Source: Octopus sinensis (taxonomy: Eukaryota). From it: 64,000 bases of DNA. Position numbers and translations under genes: made by a program. Where the stretch lies: positions 97,960,001 through 98,024,000 of the forward strand of contig NC_043006.1 of the NCBI RefSeq assembly GCF_006345805.1. The letters are read 5' to 3'. Each line of letters starts with the position of its first letter. Position 1 is the stretch's first letter. Below, one piece after another: positions 38,376 to 51,127 of the stretch. A model generated the notes under the pieces. It was not told where the DNA came from. It searched no databases and was given only the letters and a program-made list of their open reading frames with translations.

Positions 38376-38810
38376 ATGTATATATGTCTGTGTATGTGTG
38401 TATTTGTGTGTTTGTGTATGTCTTCGTGCTTGTACGCATGAATGTATGTACGAGACAATTTGGGCAAAAATGTGAGATATGATATATTTCGGTAGATTAT
38501 GCTCAATATTGAGAAACTCAATACTAACTATAATACAATTCTGAAGAGGCTTATAACCATGAAAAACAAAAGCGTAAGTAAAAAGAAACTAGGAAAAAAA
38601 TGAAATAATGCTACAAACTTTTGTCAAAATTATATTCAATTCAATGGAAATGAAAAAATACTAAAGGAAAAGAAGAAATAAAAACAAAATAGAACTAAAT
38701 TAAACGGATACACGTACATCCATTCGAATGTTAAACAAACTTTTATCTTGTTATCTTGAAGCTTCTTAACAAAAGAAAAATAAGACGTTTATATATATGT
38801 ATGGATATAT

Positions 38811-38841
<31 letters not shown>

Positions 38842-38946
38842 ATATATATATATATATTATATATATATAAAATATATAATATATATAAATATAAAAATAT
38901 AAAAGGAGCAAAAGTACTGGAGATTCAGTGTACACCACGTAGCAAA

Positions 38947-39000
<54 letters not shown>

Positions 39001-40319
39001 TACATACATATATATCTACATATCTATCTTTCTACCCCCAACTCTCTCTGCATGTGTATGCGTATTTAGTAAGTTTCTCAATATATTCCAAGAAATAGTT
39101 TATGACGTATACATGCTCACACTCCAAAAAAAAAAAAAAAACGCCCGCAACAACACAAAGCTTGTTACAACTGCTTGTTGCATAGAGAACTGCAGAGCTC
39201 TGAGACATATTTCAGCGATCTTATTTTTAAATGTGATGAGTTCATGGTTTTGTATTCTATTATTCTTTTACTGATTTCAGTCATCGGATTGCGGCCACGC
39301 TGGTGCAACACTCTGAAAAAATATGTTTTATTCAAAATGATATATTCTCAGCAGGATTCTTTTGAATTCATTTATTCATTTATATATATTATTTTTTTAT
39401 TTATATATATTTTATATTTATTTTTATTTGCTTTGATCGGAATCTATCATATGTAAATATATATGCTGAAAGTCATGTTGTACAAGATTCTTTGCTTCAG
39501 TTTCAAGCAAAGTTACCATAAGAAACTTTGGTGGTAACATTCTAGGTATGATAAAATATATTTACGATTATTTTTCTGCCTCGTTTTTATAGTACTAAAA
39601 CTAATTTTTGTTTCTTTTTTTTTCAAACTTGGCGTGAGGTGTGGATTATGAAAATATTCAATATCTTCATCACAGTATGTATGAAGGAGTTCGGTGTGTA
39701 TGTGTGCATGTATACAGGCGCGAGATCTTTTGTATGCTCCTAGCATGTTGTTGCGTAATCTCCTACATATTTATGTCCCTCTCATAACAGTTTTTTTCTG
39801 GATTTTCTGCTGTTCTCTTCCTCTCAACACACACACAAACACACACACACACACACGCACACACACAATCATACGCGCACACGAACACACACTCACATAC
39901 ACCCATTTATATATGCACAAATATATGCATACATAGATACAATCATACATTCAGACATAAATATGCATGCACGCACACACGCATCTTTGTACGTATAATT
40001 GTGTACGTGCACACATACGTTCACTCACTCAGTCACTCATTCACTCACTCACACACACTCACACACACTCACACACGTACATACACACACTTATATTTAT
40101 GCATAAATATATGCATATTTAAATATAATCATACATTACAGGTATAAATATGCATGCATACACACATATGTGTGTATGTGTGCACGTGCACGAACACGGT
40201 CACTCACTCCCTCACTCACTCCCTCACAGACACTCACTCACACACACACGCACACACACACACATATAACTTTCGTAAAAATTCAGAACATACAAATAAT
40301 TCTCATACATAAAAAATTT

Positions 40320-40350
<31 letters not shown>

Positions 40351-40809
40351 TTCTATCTATGTTTCCCTTCACTTCATAACTTTATCCCATTTCTTTTCAT
40401 GTTTCTTTGTCTAACACACACACACACACACACATACACCACACATACTGACAAGCAAACACAAAGTCACATACACATAGATACGTCAATATATCCAAAA
40501 AACTCATATGGAATATAATCAAGTGAGAACATATGAATTAATCTATATGTATTCCTATAAGTCACATGAATAAATTTATATGTATATATGTATAAATCAT
40601 ATATCTTAGCAAGTCAGCAACATCCTTATGAAATAATACTTCACTTTTTTTTTTTCCGTTAGGTATAGAATTATTGCAGATATTGCGACTCTGCCGAAAA
40701 TATTAAATACCAATGACATCCATCAAAATTTTTCATATTACGAGGTAACCATTTCCCTCATATACTGTAGATTGTTTATCAGACGTTTGTGATATAATAG
40801 ACGTTTCAC

Positions 40810-41040
40810 AAGGCGGCCAGATGGCGAAATCGTTAGCACGCTAAGCAAAATGTTTAGCGGTATTTTGTGCGTGTTTACGTTCCGAGTTCAAATTCTACCG
40901 AGGTTGACTTTTCTATAATCTCTTTCGCTACCGATTAAAATAAATACCAGCTGAGCACTGAGGGTGATGTAATCGAATCATATTCACCCCCGAAATTGCT
41001 GGCCTTGCGCTAATACCTTGAAATGAATATTAAATAATGA
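40810..41040 (+). mobile_element. SINE family 3
   Basis: TGGCGAAATCGTTAGCACGC...GAGTTCAAATTCTACCGAGGTTGACT...AAATACCAG; matches 59905. Confidence 0.8.
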
Positions 41041-41081
41041 TTTTACGCCCTGTATTGGTGAAGGTGTGTCGCTACGATGAA

Positions 41082-41340
41082 GGCGCGTGGCAAAGAGTTT
41101 AGGGGTATTCGACTCATGATCGTAAGGTCGTGAGTTCAATTCCCGGTGGCGCGTAGTGTCCTTGAGCAAGACACTCTAATTTACTTTGTTCTAGTTTACT
41201 CAGCTGGGAAAAATGTGTAGTATTTGTATTTCGAAGAGTCAGCGGTGGCACATTCTATGTCACGTTGAATCTCCCTGTAAACTACGTTAAGGGCACAGGT
41301 GTCTGTTGAGTGCTCAACCACTTACATCTTAATTTCACGA
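41082..41340 (+). mobile_element. SINE head A + tail Y, degenerate
   Basis: GGCGCGTGG...GAGTTCAATTCCCGG...AACTACGTTAAGGG...AATTTCACGA; matches 49823. Confidence 0.8.
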
Positions 41341-41561
41341 CTTTATGATTTCCAACTGGAATTCTCGCAGCGGGGCCGTTGGTACGTAATTTGTGGGTTT
41401 TGAGTAATGTACAAATACTTCTTAGACACTATTGTTCCCAGAACTACTATGGGAGTGAGTCCCTATTTTTTGATACATCTTTCATCTAGGAAAAGGTAAA
41501 CATGTATTTAGAAACCAAAAAGTGCAATTGGTTACTTTTCGTGCCACTGGTTTTATAGCTG

Positions 41562-41602
41562 ACTAGTATTATGACCCGTCGTTGCCGGGTCATAGTGCTA
41601 GT
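41562..41602. mobile_element. 41-bp ACTAG...CTAGT hairpin, minimal Helitron-like unit
   Basis: ACTAGTATTATGACCC-GTCGTTGCC-GGGTCATAGTGCTAGT: 16-bp stem; the inner CCCG.CGTTGC..GG motif resembles the 5' end of 8896 and 26967. Confidence 0.55.
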
Positions 41603-41689
41603 GCATGTATATATGTATATATATATGTGTACATATTACATGTACATATATATATATATACATCTACACATAAAATACAAAATACAAAG

Positions 41690-42060
41690 TTATATCTTGA
41701 TATCGCTAGTGATAACATTACTCAAAATATATTACAGTCTGGAATTGTAGGCCCGTCTCTTGCAATTTCGATCAATTGCATCTTGTCATCCCTCTTGTAT
41801 AGAAGTGTGGCTACAATCCAGCCTACCTCTACTTCTAGGGGGACATCTTTAATTTATATCTCGGACGTCCTACGCCCCAGATATAAAGGTAAAAATAAAA
41901 TATTTCCACTTTGCAAGGTTCGAGTCGAGTACTCCCTTGCACGCTCCGTTGACTCGAACCTTGCTTCTATTCTGGCGAATTTACCACCTCTGGTGAGATA
42001 TCTTTCATAGTCGCACCAAGACACTTTTCGATGGTGCTTTCCTCCAGGTGTTCAAATCTT
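41690..42060 (-). mobile_element. Probable decayed LINE ORF1 (L1/Tx1-like)
   Basis: Minus frame YLTRGGKFARIEARF...LPLYLGRRTSEI*IKDVPLEVEVGWIVATLL resembles RRM-type ORF1 of non-LTR elements; from memory, unverified. Confidence 0.35.
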
Positions 42061-42980
42061 TTTTTCTCTACATTGTATACTTTATAGACAATAGACTTTT
42101 CTTTAATTTAATTTTTTATTTCGTTTGGTGGTGTTATCCTAGATTCACCGAATTTTGTCGGTGATCAATTCGAAACAGGTTTGTATTTCTTCCATTTAAA
42201 TTTTAATGAGTTCGCGCCCGCCGACGGCTGCAGCGAAATTCATTTTTGAACTTTCTTCTGTCGAAGGCATTCTAACAAAAATGCTTCCATATAAACGGTA
42301 AAAATATTGTCAATTTCCCCAAACGGGGGACACAAGTCAATTTTTAAACAATAACCAAAGCTCCTTCTCCCAAAGGGGGAGAGTTACAATTTACAATTAT
42401 TTAACAAATGCAACACAACAACGTTTCCCTTACGAGGAACCAAAAAACGTGATAAGAATAGTTAAACAGTAATAATAATAACAGCAAACCTTACGGTGAA
42501 TCAAAAAGCGGTACGCAGTTGAAGCTATAGTCCTTTGTGTATAAGAAATAAATCAACAGCAGTTCTCAGTAGAAGCGGCTGTTTGAGAAAACAGACATTA
42601 GATACAGCCAAACTTCATATAGATACTTAATGCTAGCTAATTAGCAGATAATCTAATGTAAAAGCCATGGTAAACGGTATGTGCACAGCTCCATCTGGAC
42701 TATTCCATTTCTGCACACTAATTTTATTTTTAATTTATTCCCATTCATGTGAAACCACTTATTCAAGTTCAAGTCATTGATGCAATTTTATACCAATTGC
42801 TATTTTTACTTTTGTTATGTTTGTTACGATTATATTATACTTTAGTTTGATTTTAATTATTACTTACTACATATAATTCAATTGTTATTATTATCTCTAA
42901 TTTTTATTGTTAAAGTGAAAGTATCTGACATGAAATAGAGTAATGTTTTTGTTTCATTTTTAACATGTAATACTGAAATA

Positions 42981-43314
42981 GTGGAGAAGATATGATATTG
43001 CTATGGGCTCGCCCTAGGCAAGAAGTTGAACATTTATTTTGCTCCTGAAACTACATGGACCCTAAGTAAAGCATGTGTAAAATTTGAATGGAATTGGTTG
43101 TGTAGTTCTCAAGTTTTAGGGAATCGTTGTGGAGAAGATATGATATTGCTGTGGGCTCCTCCTAGGCAAAAAGTTAAAACATTTTTTGCCGATGATACTC
43201 CCCGGACCCTAAGTAAGGCCTGTGTAAAATTTGAATGAAATTGGTTGTGTAGTTCTCAAGTTTTAGGGAAACAGACAGACAGACAGACATTCTCAGTTTT
43301 ATATATAGAGAGAT
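42981..43314 (+). mobile_element. 3' part of a Helitron-like non-autonomous element with a 148-bp tandem duplication
   Basis: GTGGAGAAGATATGATATTGCT starts at 42981 and 43129; ends (ACAG)n-ACATTCTCAGTTTTATATATAGAGAGAT, like 8896 and 26967. Confidence 0.6.
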
Positions 43315-43648
43315 AAATAGCCGACCGCGGGTGCAGATCTCCGTGGTAGTATCAAATATATAACTTATTGCTTGGCTCTTCTAATTCGTATTTAACTATA
43401 GCCAGGCAGCCGGTTATCGCTACGAATCGATTATTTTAGTTATATTCTTATATATTTTAGTTATATTCTTAAGTACACTTAGACTCTTTGTTCTCGGTTG
43501 CTTCGTTTTCCATTCTCTGAAAAGATAACTATTTCGAAATACTTGCCATCATCAATCTGTTAAGCAGGTGATTCGAATTGTCCTAGAGTCTTTCATGCCC
43601 TCATAATACAATAAACAGAAAGAGAAACTAAATAAATATAAACAAATA

Positions 43649-44049
43649 GGCGCAGGAGTGGCTGTGTGGTCAGTAGCTTGCTAACCAACCACATGGTTCC
43701 GGGTTCAGTCCCACTGCGTGGCATCTTGGGCAAGTGCCTTCTGCTATAGCCCCGGGCCGACCTATGCCTTGTGAGTGGATTTGGTAGACGGAAACTGAAA
43801 GAAGCCTGTCGTATATATGTGTATATATATGTGTGTGTGTTTGTGTGTCTGTGTTTGTCCCCCTAGCATTGCTTGACAACCGATGCTAGTGTGTTTACGT
43901 CCCCGTCACTTAGCGGTTCGGCAAAACAGACCGATAGAATAAGTACTGGGCTTACAAAGAATATGTCCCGGGGTCGATTTGCTCGACTAAAGGCGGTGCT
44001 CCAGCTTGGCCGCAGTCAAATGACTGAAACAAGTAAAAGAGTAAAGAGT
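43649..44049 (+). mobile_element. SINE family 1, full length
   Basis: As 6189. Confidence 0.95.
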
Positions 44050-44957
44050 AAATTGAGAAAGTGTGGAAGGCTGAAACATAAAACTTGTTTCCCTTTGGTA
44101 TTTCAGAATTGGTATTAAAAATTGTTGGTGTAGTTAAATCAACGGGAAAGGCTAAATGTTGTGAGGTTCAATGCATAATTCTGAGGGGAAAGGGTCTCCA
44201 TTTCCATAACAAAACTTATGCTGATGCTGACATTTAGTAAATATTTCGGATCTACAAATAAGTATGTCGGTAGAATTTTTAGATTTAAAAAGGATTTCAT
44301 TTCTTTAGGCTGTACAAAGCCTGCAACTCCTTGACCATTGCCGAGAAAGGGAGATGTCGAGGAAAGGCTGCATTAGAAAGAGAATGAAAAATACAAAATC
44401 ACAAATGCGAGTGAAATAAAGAGAAGGGATGAAGGCGAAAGAGAAAAGCAGGAAATGGGAAAGAACCCACTTTCACTCACATATAAGCGCACACAAACAT
44501 AGAAACATTTATATGTATACAGATCGCTGACTTTGAACAAACATTGCTCCCCTCACAAGCAATAAATTTTTGTTTAGCATGTGGTCTATGTCTTCTAGCA
44601 GCCGAGGTTTCCATGACACGTGGCGACAACCATGTTTGATTTTGAGGAAGAGAACGAGCAGAAATCTAGATCTAGCGATTCTAGATCGGCTGCTAGCCGA
44701 CCGTCACCATCTGCTTATCATTTGAGTGTGTGTATGTGTGTGTGCGTGTGTGTGGGGGTTTGTGTGTGTGCATGTGATTGGGTGTGCGTTTGTGTGTATG
44801 TGTGCGTGTGTGTGTTTAACACTATAATTCTATAAGAGACATTTGCTTAAAATGCGTACCGCGGTTTAAAAGGCTTTCAAGTATATACCCTCTATACATA
44901 TATGTCCAAATTTGAAAAAAATAATCAAATAATATTTCCGTCGCTAATAATGTATGT

Positions 44958-45004
<47 letters not shown>

Positions 45005-45209
45005 GTGTGTGTGTGTGTGTGTGTGTGGTGAGGTTTATAAAGGTACACTCAGGTCTATGCATTGTAGGTAAATCGCATTCACTTGCTATTAGTGCCAATG
45101 GGCTATGTCTAGCGCATTTCTTTACCCTTGAAGATAATCAGTGACATTGATATGAATTTTACAGAGGGAACACATACAAAACTTCGACGTGCCTATCTGT
45201 TTGTTTGTT

Positions 45210-45410
45210 TATCTTTGTGTGTGTGTCTATCTGTGTGCGTGTCTATCTCTGTGTGCGTGTTTATCTCTGTGTGCGTGTCTATTCCTGTTCAGTCTATCTC
45301 TGTGTGTGTGTGTCTATCTGTGAAAGTGGCTATCTCTGTGTACATATTTATCTCTCTGTGCGTGTCTAACTCTCTGTCTCCAATTATCTTTCTGTGCGTG
45401 TCTCGGTTTA
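45210..45410. repeat. Degenerate about 18-bp minisatellite (TATCTCTGTGTGCGTGTC)n
   Basis: Seen directly; a 10-bp (TATATAAGTA)n minisatellite also lies at 29440-29545. Confidence 0.8.
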
Positions 45411-46258
45411 CATTCAAGATATGTGTAAAAGCCATGTATAAATAGTTTCCTCATGTTAGAATTGCTTTATTTTAATACCAATTCACAAACCCACTAGTTT
45501 ACGACCCCGAAGATTTAGTTTAAGTTTTGCGTGTGAATGTGTGTGTGTTTTAGCGTGCGTATGTGTATGTATGTGTGTGTGCGTGTGTGCTTATAGGGTG
45601 CGCTGTTTTCAGATTTTTCTAACATATGAACTCAAATTTTTTGAGTAAATTCAGAAGATATTTTTCAAACTGGAATACTCGCTTTGTTGTTGTGCAATGA
45701 TTCTACTGCAAAGTTTTCACCGATGATTTTGAAGCCTCTTTTAGAGGTATTACAAATAGGTGGAGCAGCGCTTCTTAGCTTTCACTGAAAATACGGTTTT
45801 CTATTTACGCGTCACTAAACGTACAACTCACAGAAAAACAGGAAAAAAATTGATGAGAAAATATTGGAATATCTACACAAATGTTCAGCTGATCTTGTAT
45901 GGAAGAGAAAGAAGCGAAATTCCTTTCATGAGTTTTACAAAGTAATTATGTTTCAAATCAAAGAGTTTATTCAGAAAATTTCATGTTTGTAGAGATCTTT
46001 AATTTGAAATATTACGATATCTCTGAAACTCATAAAATGAAGAAAAAGAAAAGAATCAGTCTCGATTCCCGATAGTGAAACCATTAATGTTGGATAGGTC
46101 TACTTAATGTTTGAATTAAAAGAGACAATAATATATACAGATAGACATCATATACACAGAATTGTATATGCAATCGGTATATATATATATAGATATATAT
46201 ATATATATATATATGATATATATATATATATATTATATATTTATATACATATATATAC

Positions 46259-46291
<33 letters not shown>

Positions 46292-46360
46292 TATATACAT
46301 TATATATATGTATATCTGTATATATACATACATATATATACATAAGTATATATACATCTA

Positions 46361-46405
<45 letters not shown>

Positions 46406-47219
46406 CATATATGTATACATATATACATATATATATACATATATACATATATAAACATATATATTATATATAATATCCACATATTCATATATATATATAT
46501 ATGTAAACATTTATCTACACACACATATGTATTTATCATAAAACTTTTAATAGATGTGCGGTGAAAATTTCTTAGAGTTACTGTCTTAATATGAAAAACA
46601 TTACTGCATGTAAGTTACACTAGTCGCCTACGCCGAAAAGTAAGTTCACGCCACAAGATACTTGCCCACATGACCAGGCGTACGTGGGTAACTCAGTGGT
46701 TTCCGAAACTCAGTTCATCTCAGTTTTACAACGTAAAAAATACTTCAGAAGGAAAAATACATCTTTAAGAAAATGAGCTGAGAAAACGATATGCAAAGCA
46801 CCAGTCTCTTTTCCAATCAGTAGACAAGTAGAAACCTGTTGCCTAGATGTATCTAGGGCATAAAAGTACCAATAGGCCATACACTATCAAATGTAGCATT
46901 TGCCGATCGAGCGGTAGTTACTGATGAAATCTTCGCAAATAGCCGAAAGTGGACGTTCAGTTTAAGGAATTCTTGAGTCGTGTTTGGGGCGATTGCAGTC
47001 CCTGCCAACATTATACATTTTTCTGCTTTTACTACAACAGTAATAGCATTTTAGTTCTTATTTCTACCAATGTATGTGCCTTGACATCCTTTGTCGCGTA
47101 AAGTGGGGATTGCATTTTCCTTTATACTATCACATTACACACACTTACATAGAAATAAATATACATATATATATATGTATTCATGTATATATACAGACAT
47201 ATACCCTTTCCCTTTTCCC

Positions 47220-47352
47220 TTTTACTTGTTTCAGTCATTTGACTGCGGCCATGCTGGAGCACCACCTTTAGTCGAGCAAATCGACTCTGGGACTTATTCT
47301 TTGTAAGCCCAATACTTATTCTATCGGTCTCTTTTGCCGAACCGCTAAGTAA
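47220..47352 (-). mobile_element. SINE family 1, 3' tail only
   Basis: TTTTACTTGTTTCAGTCATTTGACTGCGGCCATGCTGGAGCACC...GCCGAACCGCTAAGT. Confidence 0.9.
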
Positions 47353-47933
47353 GAAATATTTAATAATACCAACAAGTAACTTAATAACTTCAGATGAATA
47401 AACCAAATAATATTACAAAAAACTGTAATTATCATTTTCCTGAAACAAAATTTAAAACAAAAAAACGAAAACCCTGATTAAAACCTTCAACAATTTCCTT
47501 TTAATATATCTAATGTCCTTTATTGTTTTTCGTTTTTCATCTTTTAATGCCACTTGTCTGCTTGAAAAATATCTCCATGCCATTATCGAAAGCTTAATGG
47601 TGAGTAACGATATTTGCGTTAAACAAATAAATTGTGTAATATACTTTGGTTTCAGTACTTTTCTCGAGATTTCTGTTTTTGTTTAATTTCAAGCCATACG
47701 ATTTAAACTCTAAATTATGTATGTTCCTTTACACTTCCATACATAAATTTTGTTTAATCTGCATACAAATTACTTTTGACATACGCACAAGTTATTTGAC
47801 AGACACACAATTATGTTTTGACCTAAAAAAATGTATACGGAGTGTCAGACATACATTTATACACATTCATACAAGTGTGTGTGATTAAAGACGTGTGATT
47901 GTATATATGGATATACATATGTATATGTATATA

Positions 47934-47982
<49 letters not shown>

Positions 47983-48043
47983 TATCTGTGTGTATATATA
48001 TATACATATACTTATACAGAGAATTGCTACACTTAATATCAGT

Positions 48044-48422
48044 GGATGCGCAATGGCCCAGTGGGTAGGGCAGCGGACTTGCGGTCGGAGGAGCGCGGTC
48101 TCAATTCCCAGACCAGGCATTGTGAGTGTTTATTGAGCGAAAACACCTAAAGCTCCACGAGGCTCCGGCAGGGGTGGTGGTGAACCCTGCTGTACTCTTT
48201 CACCACAACTTTCTCTCGCTCTTTCTTCCTGTTTCTTTTGTACCTGTATTTCAAAGGGCCAGCCTTGTCACACTCTGTGTCACGCTGAATCTCCTCGAGA
48301 ACTACGTTAAGGGTAGACGTGTCTGTGGAGTGCTCAGCCACTTGCACGTTAATATAACGAGCAAGCTGTTCCGTTGATCGTATCAGCTGGGACGCTCATC
48401 TTCGCAACCGACGGAGTGCTCC
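48044..48422 (+). mobile_element. tRNA-derived SINE (head B + body B + tail Y)
   Basis: GGATGCGCAATGGCCCAGTGG head as 5771(-); tail TGTATTTCAAAGGGCCAGCCTTGTCAC...ACGGAGTGC as 49823. Confidence 0.88.
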
Positions 48423-48546
48423 TTCTTTTTTTACTATTAATATCATTGATATATATACCATTAATATTATTAATATTAGCATTAATATTAAACCTATTAC
48501 TACTATAGTATGTGTTATTTTCATATCCGGTATTATATCTCCATCA

Positions 48547-48840
48547 TTAAGTTGTAGAATCATTCACATTCTTCTCAGCATCATTAGGCGTGTCAGCAGT
48601 TCCTGTGCAACAACAGACCTCAGAGCTACAGGCTATATTGTATATAATAGATGCATTAATACCGCTGTTTCTATTTTCTACGTTATCATTAATATTAATA
48701 TTCACATTGTAAGGACTTAAGTTAGTGTTCACATTAAAAATATTATTATTACTACCTCTTGCTAATTTAATATTCGTTCTATTTAACCTTGCTATGATGG
48801 TACCCATACTGGGGAGAGTAGAGTATGAGATTCTCACAGT
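48547..48840 (-). CDS. Candidate terminal coding exon, Asn-rich with Cys cluster, possibly secreted; frame open to 48969
   Basis: ttttttcctgtaag|ACT acceptor; 97 aa TVRISYSTLPSMGTIIARLNRT...SPYNVNININDN...NASIIYNIACSSEVCCCTG...NDSTT*; four N-x-S/T sequons; not part of any repeat I recognise. Confidence 0.4.
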   Translation of the reverse strand, partial: TVRISYSTLPSMGTIIARLNRTNIKLARGSNNNIFNVNTNLSPYNVNININDNVENRNSGINASIIYNIACSSEVCCCTGTADTPNDAEKNVNDSTT

Positions 48841-49095
48841 CTTACAGGAAAAAACGCATATGACCGTTATTTGAAAGGTCTCGTGAATGTTTAGAATGAA
48901 TGTTGATGTGGGTGGTGTATGGAGTTTTCGAAAATAGCGTTGTTGAATATCTTTTGATAAGCATAACAAATGCGCAACCGGTAAAAAGAACTTTCACCTA
49001 ATTAAATACACTCTTCCTTACTTAAATTATTTTGTCAGCATTCTCTTCATTTCCTTTTTTTATATATCACAACTGGTGTTCCACATCTCCTTTTT

Positions 49096-49147
<52 letters not shown>

Positions 49148-49210
49148 ATATATTATATATATATATATATATATATCTATTATATATATATATATATATA
49201 TAATATATAT

Positions 49211-49245
<35 letters not shown>

Positions 49246-49629
49246 CTTACATATAAATACACACGCTTGCACTTGCACACTTATCTATGTAAAAAAAGCT
49301 GCCACGCGCTTCCTTCTTTATAAAAAGCTGAATTATTCCTTGGAAACTTCGTCGAACTTATTCAATTTGCATGTCTCAATCTCATCGCATTATGAAACAT
49401 TATGATACATATTTCTGATCCACACAGAGCTACAGGCGACACTATAGTGCCTACAAGTATAGGTCGAAGGGTGATCGAAATATGTCATCTCGGGTGACGA
49501 AGGCCACCCAGAATGAATGGCATGAACGGTTAGACGAGCAGAAGCTTGGTAGAATGCAGTACTAAAGCAGGGATTGGTATTGTATCTGAAACACCTGGTG
49601 TTATGCTATATCTCTATCTGTTTCTCTGC

Positions 49630-49753
<124 letters not shown>

Positions 49754-49822
49754 ATATCTATCTGTCTATCTATCTATCTATCTATCTATCTATATATCTA
49801 TCTATCTATCTATCTATCTAGT

Positions 49823-50129
49823 GAGGGCGCGTGGCTTAGTGGTTAGGGCATTCGGCTCATGATCGTAAGGTTGTGAGTTCGATTCCCGGCGACGCGTTGT
49901 GTCCTTGAGCAAGACACTTTATTTCACGTTGCTCCAGTCCACTCAGCTGGCAAAAATGAGTTGTACTTGTATTTCAAAGGGTCAGCCTTGTCACTCTCTG
50001 TGTCACGCTGATTATCCCCGAGAACTACGTTAAGGGTACACGTGTCTGCCATTTGCACGTTAATTTCACGAGCAAGCTGTTCCGTTGATCGTATCAGCTG
50101 GGACCCTCGCCGTCGTAACCGGCGGAGTC
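49823..50129 (+). mobile_element. tRNA-derived SINE (head A + tail Y) embedded in (TCTA)n
   Basis: GGCGCGTGGCTTAGTGGTTAGG...GAGTTCGATTCCCGG; (TCTA)n on both sides. Confidence 0.92.
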
Positions 50130-50133
50130 TTCT

Positions 50134-50209
<76 letters not shown>

Positions 50210-50244
50210 GTATCTATCTGTCTATCTATGTATCTATCTATCTG

Positions 50245-50330
<86 letters not shown>

Positions 50331-50346
50331 GATCTAACTATCTGTT

Positions 50347-50385
<39 letters not shown>

Positions 50386-50773
50386 GTCTGCCTGCCAGTA
50401 TGTCTATCTAATGTCTTGTATAATCTGTTATATAAATGGTTGAAAACACAAATACACACATGTCCACGAACATAAAAATTTTGCACACACACACACACAC
50501 TTATTTATGAAACAAACTCTCGAATCCTTTGAGAATACTAACGGCTTGCGTTGGCATAGTATATATTTATTTCTAAAGTTTAAACTTTCTAATGTACTTA
50601 TCCCATTGGGAGAAGTGTTTCCGACATTTTATCTGAAACGTCGTTAACTCCCGTCCCAACGGCTAGAGCTGAAGACCGTTAAACTTTTACGATATACATA
50701 TCATCGTACATACAGACGGATATATATAAATATGTGTATACACACACACGCACGCACGCGCACACACACACAC

Positions 50774-50822
<49 letters not shown>

Positions 50823-50842
50823 TCTATCTTCCGTCATTTACC

Positions 50843-50875
<33 letters not shown>

Positions 50876-50898
50876 AATATATATATATATACATATAT

Positions 50899-50977
<79 letters not shown>

Positions 50978-51045
50978 TATATGATATATATATACATATA
51001 CATGCATACATACATATATTTATATGTATATATATATAATACATA

Positions 51046-51127
51046 GCCATAGGAGTGGCTGTGTGGTAAGTACCTTGCTTCCGTCTACCAAAGATTTGGT
51101 AGATGGAAACTGAAAGAGGTCCGTCGT
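51046..51127 (+). mobile_element. SINE family 1 with internal fold-back replacement
   Basis: Head GGAGTGGCTGTGTGGTAAGTA..TTGC is joined to TTCCGTCTACCAAA-GA-TTTGGTAGATGGAA hairpin, then CTGAAAGAGGTCCGTCG. Confidence 0.8.

Noticed and set aside
46921-46960. CTGATGA...AGCCGAAA hammerhead candidate
   Set aside because: Helix II and helix I mostly unpaired; at best a decayed relic.
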